Of a DNA stretch of 64,000 bases, positions 11,419 to 22,677 are shown piece after piece (the stretch's first letter is position 1; each line of letters begins with the position of its first letter). A program made the translations under genes and the position numbers. Under the pieces are notes generated by a model. It searched no databases, had not been told where the DNA came from, and was given only the letters and a program-made list of their open reading frames with translations. This DNA comes from Ramazzottius varieornatus. Taxonomy: Eukaryota > Animalia > Tardigrada. Location: assembly GCA_001949185.1 (NCBI GenBank), contig BDGG01000001.1, positions 6,299,591-6,363,590 of the forward strand. Reading direction: 5' to 3'.

Positions 11419-14400
11419 TACTTGAGATTTCCTGAAACAGTCGCCTGACCAGTGGTCAGATGGTCAAACGGATTTCAGAATCTTTTTTTTCGATGTCTGT
11501 TATCATAGATTGCATGAGCAGTTTCAGTTTGCAGTTGGGGCCCCAAAACCTTGAAATCGTTCCCTGAATAATTTCTCCAGTGGTCGATCTTTATGGAAAT
11601 ACGCCGCCGTAACCGTATGGTAATTTCAACGACTGTACTCCCAATTCTGTGCGCCTCTGACTCACGGGGGAAGGGGCTCCAGAGTTTGAAAAACACGCCT
11701 TTTCACGCTGCCATTTTTCGCTGTGCGAATTCTCGCTAGGGTTGCCAAATTCTACACAAAATGCGAAATGAAAAATTGTCGAACAGAAACTCTGGCAATA
11801 CAGGGTGGGTGGGTCAGAAAACTCCGGCAGAACTCATGCAGAAAGGCGGGTAATATATTTTGGGGCCCCAACTTCACTTGGCAAATGCCAGTCGCTGATG
11901 AGGACGCCTTATCGGTCAGGCTTGTCAGCAGTGGTGCTCGGAGAGGTCACCAAACGGCATAAAAATGTGGCAGCGGCAACTTGACCTCTTTGACTAAATG
12001 TCCAGTGACTAGGCCACAATACTGCTGTAATTCTAAAAAACCTAAATACTTCTGACTGCAATCACGGGGGTGGAACTAGAATTCCGCATGTGGACTAGGC
12101 ACCCACGACGCTTGTCCATCATGAAAACTAAGATCGGGTTCACAACAGGAAGGAGAGCACTTTTGAACAGGGAAATTTCAGGGCCGCTGCTCAGAACATT
12201 TCCTCCAGAAAATTGAGTGAAATTCTGACCGTTTTGCCGTTTTGCATGTTTTGATTGAGAGAATTCGCTCTCCGTCATCCTGCATCTATTTGGGAGAACT
12301 ATAATTTTCGTTTTAAAATGTGCCGGAATTCCGGGTAAACATATGCTAATTTCATCTGTAAGTCTCTTGCAATCACTTGTCTGTAAATGTTATACAGCTC
12401 TCTTACGTGGACGGGGTCTTTTTTCGGACGTTTTCTTGATGTTACATTACGGTTCAGAAAGTAACCAATAAGAACATAGGAGGTGTGGTTTAAGGCTGGA
12501 TAAAGGCTTGACCTAAGGTCGAGCACCTCACCTTGACCTTGCGTACTTTTATGCCGTTTGGTGACCTTCGCGAGCACCACTGCTTGCCAGCGGTAGCTAA
12601 CTTACCTTTGTTAGCCCAATTGTAAATGCAGCTGAGGGAAGAAATCCGATTTCCCACACAACACCATCTTTCACAGGGCCTCTCAAATTGATCAGAAAAA
12701 TGAATGCCCCATCGAATACCACGATGAAGATGAAACTGCTGGCGAGCAGCGGTCGCCGTACAACTGGGACAAAGCACCAGCACAGACCAATCATTGCTGA
12801 TATATACAACAGGCAATAAATGAACATCAATAATAGATTACTGTGAGACCAGATATGGAGCACATGAGTCGCCAAGATGCAGATGACTGCCACAACGGAC
12901 ATAAGTGTAAAGTATAGCAAAGACCACCCCATCCAATAGACAGTAGGTTGTAGCCCCATCACCTGTATATTTGGCAGGAGCCGCGCCTCTTCTTCTGCCA
13001 CGGCAGTACCTGCCACGAAGCAGACAAACGTTCCTAAAACTATGGTGAAGCTAAGCGCCGGTACGCCAGCTAAGATATTTTCTCCTTCCAAGGATTGTGG
13101 TATTTGGGGTATCAGACGTATAAACAGGTAAATAGGAGCAACCTCCCTTGACGAGCTGAACTTAACATACGCGGCTGATAAATGGACCTGTAACGCCGAA
13201 ATTCCATTCCGGCTGTACCTGGCCGCTTGACAATCGGATGGCGTTTTTCTACTTATGACTGTCTCTTTTTAATCCCTTCTCTCCTGCCCCGCTATCATAC
13301 AGCTGTACCTGACGTAATGGTTGAAGGAATTTACACAAGGATGCAACATTTCATCAGGCAATATGGGATGGCGGTGAGGCGCACGTATCGTGTAGCTGAG
13401 AGAACTGAGATCCGCTTCGTTGAACACAATACCAGCAAAGTTTTTAGCGAGCTCAGTTCCGCCATTGTTATTTCTACTGCGAGGTTTCTACTGATCATGA
13501 AAAAAGTCGTCGATAGCCGCATCGAATTCAAAAGATATCTGCGTCATATTGTTTTTTAGATGCCGCCATCCATTTTGCCCTCATAATTTTCATGATGCGC
13601 TGAGTTGCGGAGTTATTTGGGGTGAATCCGAGAGTCACGGTATGTGGCACATCAGGTACCGGTGGAAGTGGCAACCCACCAGGATTCTTGCTTGAGTAGG
13701 TTTGCTTTTGGGTCGGCACGTACGTAATTGGTTCTGTAGCAAAGTCTGTTACGACTGGACTAGTGGTAGGTGGATTCACAGTCGCGCCCATATTCAATAA
13801 CGCAAACTCGAACAGCGGGGCCAGAAGCGACACAATAATTTCCTGCAACAACAGTGCACGACAGTTACAGAGTCCGTATTCAGACCACTGACTTGCGTCC
13901 ATCGGTCTTTACCGAATCAATTAAAGTTTTCGTCGAAACGACAGTCCGCTGTATGAAAATGAGACTTCAGACTTACGCATGCAAGCGATTTCTTTGCCCT
14001 TCCTTTGAGCTGCAATTTGTGTCGTATCATAGTCCATAGCTGTCTTCGAAATGCAGCTCGTTGCCGAGCCAGTGGTCTGGGACTCTGGCTGGGTGCGGCA
14101 ACTGATTGCCGAGCTGAGGCTTCCATGGTACAGAGCACGTCGATTGATCGATATTACGACATACGATCTGGCGATTTAGTCTTGTGTCATATGCAGCCTG
14201 TACTCTAACGAAAGCAATAGACTACAGCAACAACTTTATTAATGTTCTGCAACAGGAACTTTGAACAGGTGGGATAAAATATAGTGCAGTGGAATTTTCC
14301 ATGATACGAAGACTGTAATAGTTGCCTTCGGAACAGAGGTAATTAAGCAGTACGACCTTTCATGGAAGTTACAGAGGATTTATCGTTGGTGAATGAAGCT

Positions 14401-15416
14401 TTCAATGTGCAAAAGGCTCTGAAGAGTACTGCATTCTGGCAAACGTATTACAAAAGACTTCTTTAACGAAAAGTTGGCGAACTGAAGTAACTACCTATCT
14501 TATTGCTGGTGCAGATAGTTAGCGTTACCATGATACTTACAAACTCGGCAAAACGCAGTAAGGTGACTGGTCAGTCAAGTTACCTTTTAGGTTTGTCACG
14601 AATGCAATGGATGGCACAAATGATGGAGCTTTCTGAAATCGCAAACTCAATACCGTAAAAAGACCGCCACTTGATGTGGGTGACAAAACGTTTCATTCGC
14701 AAACCTTGCTCAGCTCTGTACCACACTCATGCGGACACACTCTCATCGGTATCCGGCAGACGAAGACGATGACGATGACTGACAACCACCTATCGGAGAT
14801 TTCGAAGATGCGTACGTTTGAAAACGTCATGGAGCGGGCTGCAGTGCCACCGCAAACGGTAACACTTCATCCTACTTCCCCGTTCTGCCCACCATCCCAG
14901 CGGAACTGGCGGGTTAGAGGACGACCCAGCAACGGCGGCGCGAAGTGCCTGCAGAGGGTTCAGGGGGCGCAGCCCCCTGATGTCAACAGTCTAGCGCACT
15001 AGCCTAGCCATTAAGATTTTCTCAATAGACCGGATACGTGAACGGGGTGTAGGTACCGCGTCAGGGCAATTCCATGGCGCTATTGTTGTCACTTACGTAC
15101 CCATAACACAAGCAGGACCGCTGATGCACATACAGAAATAACTCTAGAAGACATCATGGAGATGCTGGCTCTTTGCGAATTAAGTCCAGTCAATGCGAAA
15201 CAGTGGTGGCAAAATGATCAACAAAAATGATATTGGTAGTACGAATGTATGTACATCCAAAATTCCTATCAAGCGTAGCTGGAACATATTCTGCTTTTAT
15301 GCGCGCAGAAGCATCCACCATACCCGTGAGAAAAAGTTTCGATTTCGAACATAAGAATACTGCGCGTGCTTGTCGTAGGTGTCAGAGTTAAACACAAAAT
15401 TCATGGCCTCGCAGCC

Positions 15417-17215
15417 TCATATCTTTTCCATTGCGATATTATCAACTCCATTCTTGACCCTCTTCTGATGGATTCTGTCTGGAACCCGCCCAAATATTTG
15501 GTCCATATCTTCAAGCGACCGTCCTCGGGTCTCCGGCACGAAGAACAATGCGAAAGCAGACATGAGAAATCCGAAGCCACCAAAAATCTGCGAAGAAATA
15601 CACGATTAGAGTAGGCAGACGTGAGAATCATCGGATGATGCTTCAGTTTCTTCACCAGGTACGTAAAATAGTCCGCGTGGGCGAAAAATGTGGGCTGAAA
15701 AGAAAGAAGAATTTTCAAGCGCTCAGATGATTTTTCCTGTCTTTCGCTTTTTTGGAAGACAAGACTTACCGTTATTTTGGCTATTATTGCATTCCAAGCC
15801 CAGTTGGACACTGTCGACAAGGAAGTGCCTTTGGCGCGAGTACTCATGGAAAAGATTTCCGACTGGTACACCCAGACAACAGGTCCCCACGATGCCGCAA
15901 AGGCAATGGTGAAGATGTACAAGAACACCACAGCACCCCACCACAAGTTTTTGTTATTCAGCAACCTTGCCAAACCCAGCATCCTGTCAAAAGGTCCAGC
16001 TTTAACATGACACGAACGGAAATCTGATAATTTTCATGAAATAGACTGCAAGCAATGGAGATGTTCAACTTACATACAAACACAACAATGAGACAGACCC
16101 ATAGCAATCCCGCCAAGGACCATCAGCTTCTTCCTGCCGATCCTCTCCACCAACCACATTCCTGGGAACGTCGCCAAAAAGTTTATGGCAGCGTTGATGA
16201 TGACCAGCGTCACCGATGCATCAAACTCTGCGAAGCCCATATCGGTGAAGAGCTTTGCCGCGTAGTACAGCACCACATTAATTCCCGTCCATTGCTGAAA
16301 GGCTTGCAACACCACACCCAGAAAGATCCTCATCCTCACCCCGTCCTGAAACAGTTCCATCCATGACGCTGACCCTGCCGCCCTTTCATCGGCATCTTCT
16401 CTCTTGATTGCCTTGAATTCGCTCTGCACTGCCGCCGACTGTTCCGATCCATTCCTCAACCTCGCAAGAACCCTCAGAGCTCCTTTGTCCCGACCCTTCA
16501 TCACTAGCCATCTCGGTGAGAAGGGAAGTACAATGATCAACAACCATAAAATCAACGCCGGAATGATTTGTATCCCCATCGCCAGTCTCCATTCCAGTTC
16601 TCCGGTCAGCGTCGTCAATATCGCTGCATTGACACACGACGCAACCAGTATACCAAATGTCACCATCAGTTGGTACACTGAGATTAATCGACCACGGTTC
16701 TCCGTAGGCGCTGTTTCGGAGATGTACAGAGGAACAGCCGCGGACATGAGACCAACTCCAGCGCCGCTGATAACCCGTCCACCGTATAAGACACCAATGT
16801 CAGGGGCGACTGTCTGCATGGCGCCACCTGCGGTGAAGAGGATGGAGCCGAGAAAGATAGATGGTCGACGGCCGATGAAGTCGCAGAGGAACCCAGCAGA
16901 AGCAGAGCCAAAGACGGCCCCCATGAGGAACGTAAAGGTGATCCATCCGGCGAGGTCACCATACTCCGGAGAGATCGCAGGTCGACCTCCAGTCTCGTTG
17001 TGGACTCTCAACCCGAACAGCAATCCGAAACTGTCCATATGCAATATCTGACTGAAAAAGAAACACATTTGCGCATTCCCGAAGACATCATATCTTCTCA
17101 TCGATGGTAGACCAACTCTTCCCCTGACTTACTCGATAATCCCAATTTCGTAGCCGAACAAGAAGCCTCCCATAGCCGAAGCGAGAGTGACAAGGTAGTT
17201 GTAGAATCGCCCCAT
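15417..17215 (-). CDS. MFS sugar porter (fungal-type hexose transporter-like), 5 exons
   Basis: MGRFYNYLVTLASAMGGFLFGYEIGII, DFIGRR, VPLYISETAPTENRG, PFSPRWL, FQQWTGINVVLYY, VERIGRK, WGPVVWVYQSEIF, VPETRGRSLEDMD. GT-AG introns, first 17132-17052 in phase. Confidence 0.93.
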
Positions 17216-18097
17216 TCTTGCATATCGGGTATTTCCCCACTTCAAGAATTCTTTGAGAGACAAGTCCCAACGATAGACTAAAAATTTTAAAATTTACACG
17301 GATAAGGGAAAGTGGGAACAGTGTTTGTTGCCGAAACAAAGCCAAACTCGGCCAAGAACGCTTAAATGTTTCAAGACGGAACTGACGCAGAACGTAAAAA
17401 ACACCGCACTGCTTTTCCCCTACGGGAACATGTTTCATGTACTTTCTTAAAGTTCCAATCAAGGCCAGTAAGGCCACGATATCAGCACGGATATAAAGTT
17501 CCTGAAGCAACGGTAGGAGTTACGAGACTATCGTACGCGTAGGAGAAGGGAGAAAACGGCACTAATCAACTTCAATCTAACTTCTTTTATCAGCAATAAA
17601 ATACCGCTATACTGGCGGCTTCTTCTTTCACTCTACTTTGGAACGACGAAGTAAACACCTCGCATGTTTGCTGAACTCGTGCAGGGTTCGTACGGTACAA
17701 CCTTTACGTTGCCCAAACTGTTGACGATAACCTCGGAAACCTGCTGGCGCAAGCTGGAACTTCCAACCAGCCATGGGTCCAAAAACATGTTGCACGTCCA
17801 GGCAAAAGCCACAACAACAATAGACGTGTACTTCACGGTCAGTTACAAATGGGAAAAGGAAAATGTCGGAAGTCAACAGTACAGAGGCAGGCACAACCAT
17901 GCGCTGGTATCGAAATTCATGTCATTTCGCCAAACATCAATTAGAGGAAAAATTGTTATCAGCATCCACAACCACATCAGAAGTGAAGCAGATTACTCCC
18001 TTGGAACAACTGAAATTATGTCGTATTATCAAAGTTCAGAATGGCTACTAACACTAACAAGAGACCCTGGCACTTCGCTTCCGGTCTCTTCCTATTA

Positions 18098-21000
18098 CTA
18101 CAGACTCATGAGATATCGTACAGCCCGATCGACCGACGTTTCCCGCATGGCCGAACCGCGCGTCCTCTTGGCCGGGGATTGAGTAGCCGATGGCGCAGCG
18201 GAAGGGGCGGGTGGCTCTACCACCACAACGGTCTTCTTCGTCGTCGATCCAGGAGGTCTTCCGCGCTTCCTTCCCCTTCCCAACGTCGCTTTGGGTGTCT
18301 CTTCCGCCACAGCTTCGGCAGCCGCCAAGGCCTGTGCTGCGTCCTGAAAAGGAAAGAATAGATTCACTATGATTTCACTAAACTTCACTGCATGAACGAG
18401 ATGAGGCCTGCCCAAATGAACTCAACCAGATTGTCATTTTCAAGTAGCCCACGTCTTCGTTCTGATTGGCTGAAATTGTGCGCCACTTGGAGAAACACGA
18501 CCTGGTTCGGTTCCAATGTTCGGTGAGCTCAAATCAGTCGATCGATGGATCGAAATTTAGATTCAGACTATGAATGTTTCATTACTATTAAACTGAGCTT
18601 AACGGCTTCGTTATGGGTACTATGTGCTTCTTCTTCCGCGGATTTCTTGACTGATGCTTCTTTCTTCTTGGAGCCACGAGGAGCTCGAAATCGCGGAGTC
18701 TTGGGAGGTGAAGTGGAGGGCGTCGACTGTTGAGTACCCGACGCCACCACGATCACCTGTGAAGCTGCTCGCGAGGGAACATTCCCCTCCCCGATCACTC
18801 GACGCAGACTCTCTTCGGCAGCCAGTTGGGCTCGCTTGGCATGCTCGGCGGCCACAGCTGAATCTGCCAGCTGTCTTCGGAGTGTATGGATGGTCTCGGC
18901 AGCTTCCTTCTCATTCTTCGTCTTTTGGATCTGTAGGCGATCCAGTTCACGCGTTGAAGCGCCTTGCAGCTCGATAATCTGCAGCCTACAACAAACAGGA
19001 AACTTCTCAGTTTTTACCGAATTCCTCCCCCGAAAACCCATTATAAACGAAACAGACGAAACTCAAGCTCCTGCAAACAGCTAACCACCTGTTTACCGCG
19101 ATCAACTGTATGCAGGTCTGAACCATAAAGATACTCGAAACGACGCACACCTACATACACGATAGCGTGTACCTCTACAGCGGTAACGACTGCAGGTTCG
19201 TGACACTCACGAGCGACAAGCAGGCAGACGGCGCTATGCTGACTGCTATGGACGTGTATGTAAGACCATGAAACCATCTTTTTCTGTGTGAAATTCTGCT
19301 GTGTCCGGCTAGAACAATATTTTCAGAATCTCCACTTACCGATACGACTCAGTTTCTTTCTGAGAACGAAGGAAGTTGGCTCTGTACAGTTCCAGTTCTG
19401 CGTGGACATTCTTGGAGCTATCGGCGCCCTTTCTGGCATGGTCCAAGTAATACTGAGCCACTTGGTTCAGCGTGTCCAGCCGCTCAGCATCCAGGGTCTG
19501 TGCGGTGAAGTGCGCGCGGATCCATGCGTTAACTCGACTCTCCAAATGAGCCACTTTGTGTCGTTCGGCTGCGAGATCGGCCTGCGACTCTTCCAGCGCG
19601 AACTTCAGGTCCATTATCTCTGACTGCGCCTCGTGGAGAATCTCCTGGATTTCTTCGTCCGATTCATCCGGATCTAACTGATCTTCCTCCACCTGGGAAA
19701 ATTTCCGGTTACTGTAGACTAACTAGAACCTGCGCAAACAAACTCGACAAGATCATTCACAAAAGTGGCGCACGCTGACGGCCAGTAACAGTTACAACGT
19801 GCGCCACTTGAAAAAACTCTGCAGGGTGGTCGTTCAAGTAGCGCGCGTTTGCCGTGTTACTGGCTGAAAGCGTGCGCCGCTTGAGTAAAAAATCTTGAAG
19901 AATTTGTTTGATGCGCTCTTAACACTTGCTCAGTACTCTCATGCTCTCTCACCTGACAATGAATGCCCAATGCTGGAGGTTTCCTCCTCAGCTTGCCACG
20001 CTGAAGAGGGCTGGTTGCCGAGCCTGAACGCGCAACGACTCCGGGAGCAATCTCGTCTTCCGACTGAAAATAGATGGAAAGCAATCCTAATCAATCATTC
20101 CTACCCTCACTCTCTAAAGGCTTGCTAAACGAACCTTGAACGAAGAACTGCCGGAAGTCACCTCTTCCACGGCCGGAAGAGGCCCATGAACGACAGATTT
20201 CGGTAAGAAGATCGTCGTTGTCATACCTCCATTCGTTCCAACTTTCTGTGGACTGCCGTAGCGATACACGCTAACATTCTCTACGGTATCAAACACAATC
20301 AAACGTCGTTCCGAACCATAAGAGCGAATATCAGCAACAAACCTTCGACCAACTGTCTTCTTCTCTCCAGCTCTCCCTTGTCCGATCTTCCACGTTTCGA
20401 TCCCGGAGAGCTATCAGAAGGGCCTTCCGTCATCTCTCCACCATCAACAGCTTCGTCGCTCGCTGTGTCGTCTCCTTCGACTTCGTCATCCTCTTCCTCG
20501 TCTCCACCTTCGCCTTGCCCAGTCGAAGACTTCTTGAGTGGGGGGTTCGATATCGACTTCCGGGCGAAAAGAGACCTACTGCTGTTCGAAGAACTCTTCT
20601 CCATCGGAATATTTCCAGCGGCATTCACTAAGATCGTTTCTGCAAAAACAGACGATTGGAACATATTCAAGTAGAAAGTTTCGTGAGTTTTCTCACGAGG
20701 AACAGGGAAGATGGAAGGAACGGCATCATTCTTCAGTGTCAGCTTCCCATCTTCCCCGACGTCGAAGTCGGTTTGGCGGTTGAAGTGTTTGACACAAAGG
20801 CCGAAGTGTGGATTCTGTTTGAGAGAGACCAAATCGAGCGGTTTGTTGCGTGCAGCTCGGGAAGTATTCAAGGCGAAGAGCCACTTGCGCCGAACGAGAG
20901 GCTTCTCGTCTCCGTCCGGGAAAGCGTGGACTTCAGGAGTGTTCTGCTGGTAGTTCGGACAGTCAGGCACCACGCAGACGAGTTTTTCCTGACTGACTCG

Positions 21001-22046
21001 CGAAGGTACTGAACCATCATTCGCATCTTCTGTTGTTTCCGCAGTGTTTCCCTCTTGCTGGAACCACAAAAAGAACCGTCAGCTAACATCACCATAAAGC
21101 CGTAAACAAAGAGCGTAAGCAAACAGCGGCTCGCTACTAACGAGTCGTTAGTCGTCACGGAGAGAAACCGCAGCAAACTTTGGTAAAACTAGCTGGTCTT
21201 GGCAGGCCCTAGGGTACCTACATCATGAACTCGACCGTCATGGCAAGCTCCTGGATACCAGCACAGAGAGTGACAACAAGTGATACCACTGACGTCACTC
21301 AAAACCTTGGTGCGGCACAGCAGCTAGACTGTGCCACATCTAACAAAGGATGGTGTCACGCGGCGCACGATCCCAAAGTACAATCACTCAAGCAATCAAC
21401 CGCTCTCGGTCAAGACTCTACGTCACTGCAGCTCAAACGAAGAAATCGACACCTCTGTGGCCGATGCTAGTTTCCCGTCCACGAATCTTCCAACGGAGAC
21501 TACGATGCTACGAATCCTCACTGCGGAAGGCTGCGAGCAACATCTCCCATATCAACCATCAAACAGACGACATGAACGCGCCTGTGGGTCTGTGGATTTC
21601 AAGCCGTCACCGTTCAACCCTCGATCGTCGCTGTCGTCCTGATCGCTTCTTCGGCGTGGAATCCCGACCGCTTCGAAGCTTCCTAATCCTCCTGGACTAT
21701 GAGTACGCATAAGGGTACCTGGCTCCTGCTTGACCGTCCCTTCAACTAAGTTATTCATCGACATCGCAACCACCATATTACTCCCTTCGCTCGACGGTGA
21801 AGTCTCGGCGATATCTTCAGTCATTTGAACACACGCATTACTCACATCTTCATCTGCTTCTCCTTCTTCCATCTCTGCTCCCTCCCCTTCGTCCTCGCCT
21901 TCGTTCTCTCCATCCAGGTGTGTAGTCGTTGGATCTTTAGTCTGCTGTAGAGAAGAGTCGTCCATTTGCTCGGACTCGTTCACCACCTCCTCCATCGCCT
22001 CCGCGGTGGGATGCGTCGTGAGGAATTCGCCCAGGATATCTTCCAT
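18098..22046 (-). CDS. Multi-exon THAP zinc-finger protein with acidic tracts, coiled coil and C-terminal AT-hook
   Basis: THAP signature CVVPDC...HAFP...RRKW...LCVKHF...AVPSIF (ORF 20299..21069). Phase-compatible exons begin near 20282, 20063, 19692, 18986 and 18345. Heptad-rich 19336-19692. GRGRKRGRPPGS in the last exon. Linkage of the acidic 5' exon (22046) is not fully resolved. Confidence 0.7.
18441..18489. repeat. 49-bp dyad repeat family, copy 1 (THAP gene intron)
   Basis: CAAGTAGCCCAC-N25-GTGCGCCACTTG. Confidence 0.85.
19762..19883. repeat. 49-bp dyad repeat family, copies 2 and 3 (THAP gene intron)
   Basis: AAAGTGGCGCAC-N25-GTGCGCCACTTG (19762-19810) and CAAGTAGCGCGC-N25-GTGCGCCGCTTG (19835-19883), with spacers in opposite orientation. 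Confidence 0.85.
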
Positions 22047-22677
22047 AGCTGCAAAACAACAAACGTTCCGGTCAACGCCTTCTCCCAGCCTTTGTTCCTT
22101 CGCCAAAGTTTATCAAATTCAGAAGTGAACGGGAATGCTGGGGAATCTAGAGGCGATGACGATGCTTCTCCAGAGCAGCTACAGACATTTTGCGATAAAC
22201 GTCAAACTTCAAGATGGATCTGAAAGTTGTTGGGGCCGTGCGGGATGGTGCGCCCGTGCGGCCGTGCCATCACTGTCATGTGCGTTTCAGGCAGGGCGTC
22301 ACCGGAATGTCAGCCGATGTGCCACCTCGTTAATCGTTGTGTCCTCAGCTCGACGTGCTGTGCTGTCATCAGGGTGCTAGGCGGCGCGGCGTATGTTCTT
22401 AAATTTAGCATAAGAGCGACAGCCTACCAAGTTCAGTTCGTTCATCGAACAAGTTGATTGCATTGATTGCATTCAAAGCAGGTCCATTGCGCAATGGCAT
22501 CATTGCGGCAGAGTTGAAGACTGAAGTTCCATCTCTCATCCATTGCGGCTTCTCCGGTTTGATCTCCATCTTTCTCATGCACATCTTCTTTAGGATTGAG
22601 ATACATGTGTTCAACGAGACGTCTGGAAGAGAAGTAACTTTCTGCTGGTCGATGCGGTGAGCTCTGCCCTGTTAAAG

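Larger units (their letters stand above)
4905..14138 (-). pseudogene. ABCA-subfamily ABC transporter pseudogene (TMD1 exons plus C-terminal half of last NBD; middle deleted)
   Basis: ABCA hallmarks: AGIVFN..SYTIR (~13380-13445), GISALQ, MGLQPTVYWMGW, YLEQVFP (~9330-9350), PWFFILQSYW (exon 5987-6137), [42 protein letters not shown]. Lesions: TGA at 5625-5627 in KRFL*DII (Trp expected), +1 frameshift in an A-run near 13555 followed by TAG near 13489, and no Walker A region. Confidence 0.88.

Noticed and set aside
14960-15002. GC hairpin TCAGGGGGCGCAGCCCCCTGA followed by CTAG, like a Helitron 3' end
   Set aside because: The CTAG is not followed by the expected T and no 5' end or second copy was found; plausible but unsupported.
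16404-17051. 215-aa plus-strand ORF, and similar antisense ORFs over NOP56, STXBP1 and the BCH gene
   Set aside because: Antisense shadows of well-supported coding exons.
18098-18345. GRGRKRGRPP in an A/S/T/K-rich tail reminiscent of tardigrade Dsup
   Set aside because: Only a generic AT-hook-like motif is shared, and the exon belongs to a THAP gene.
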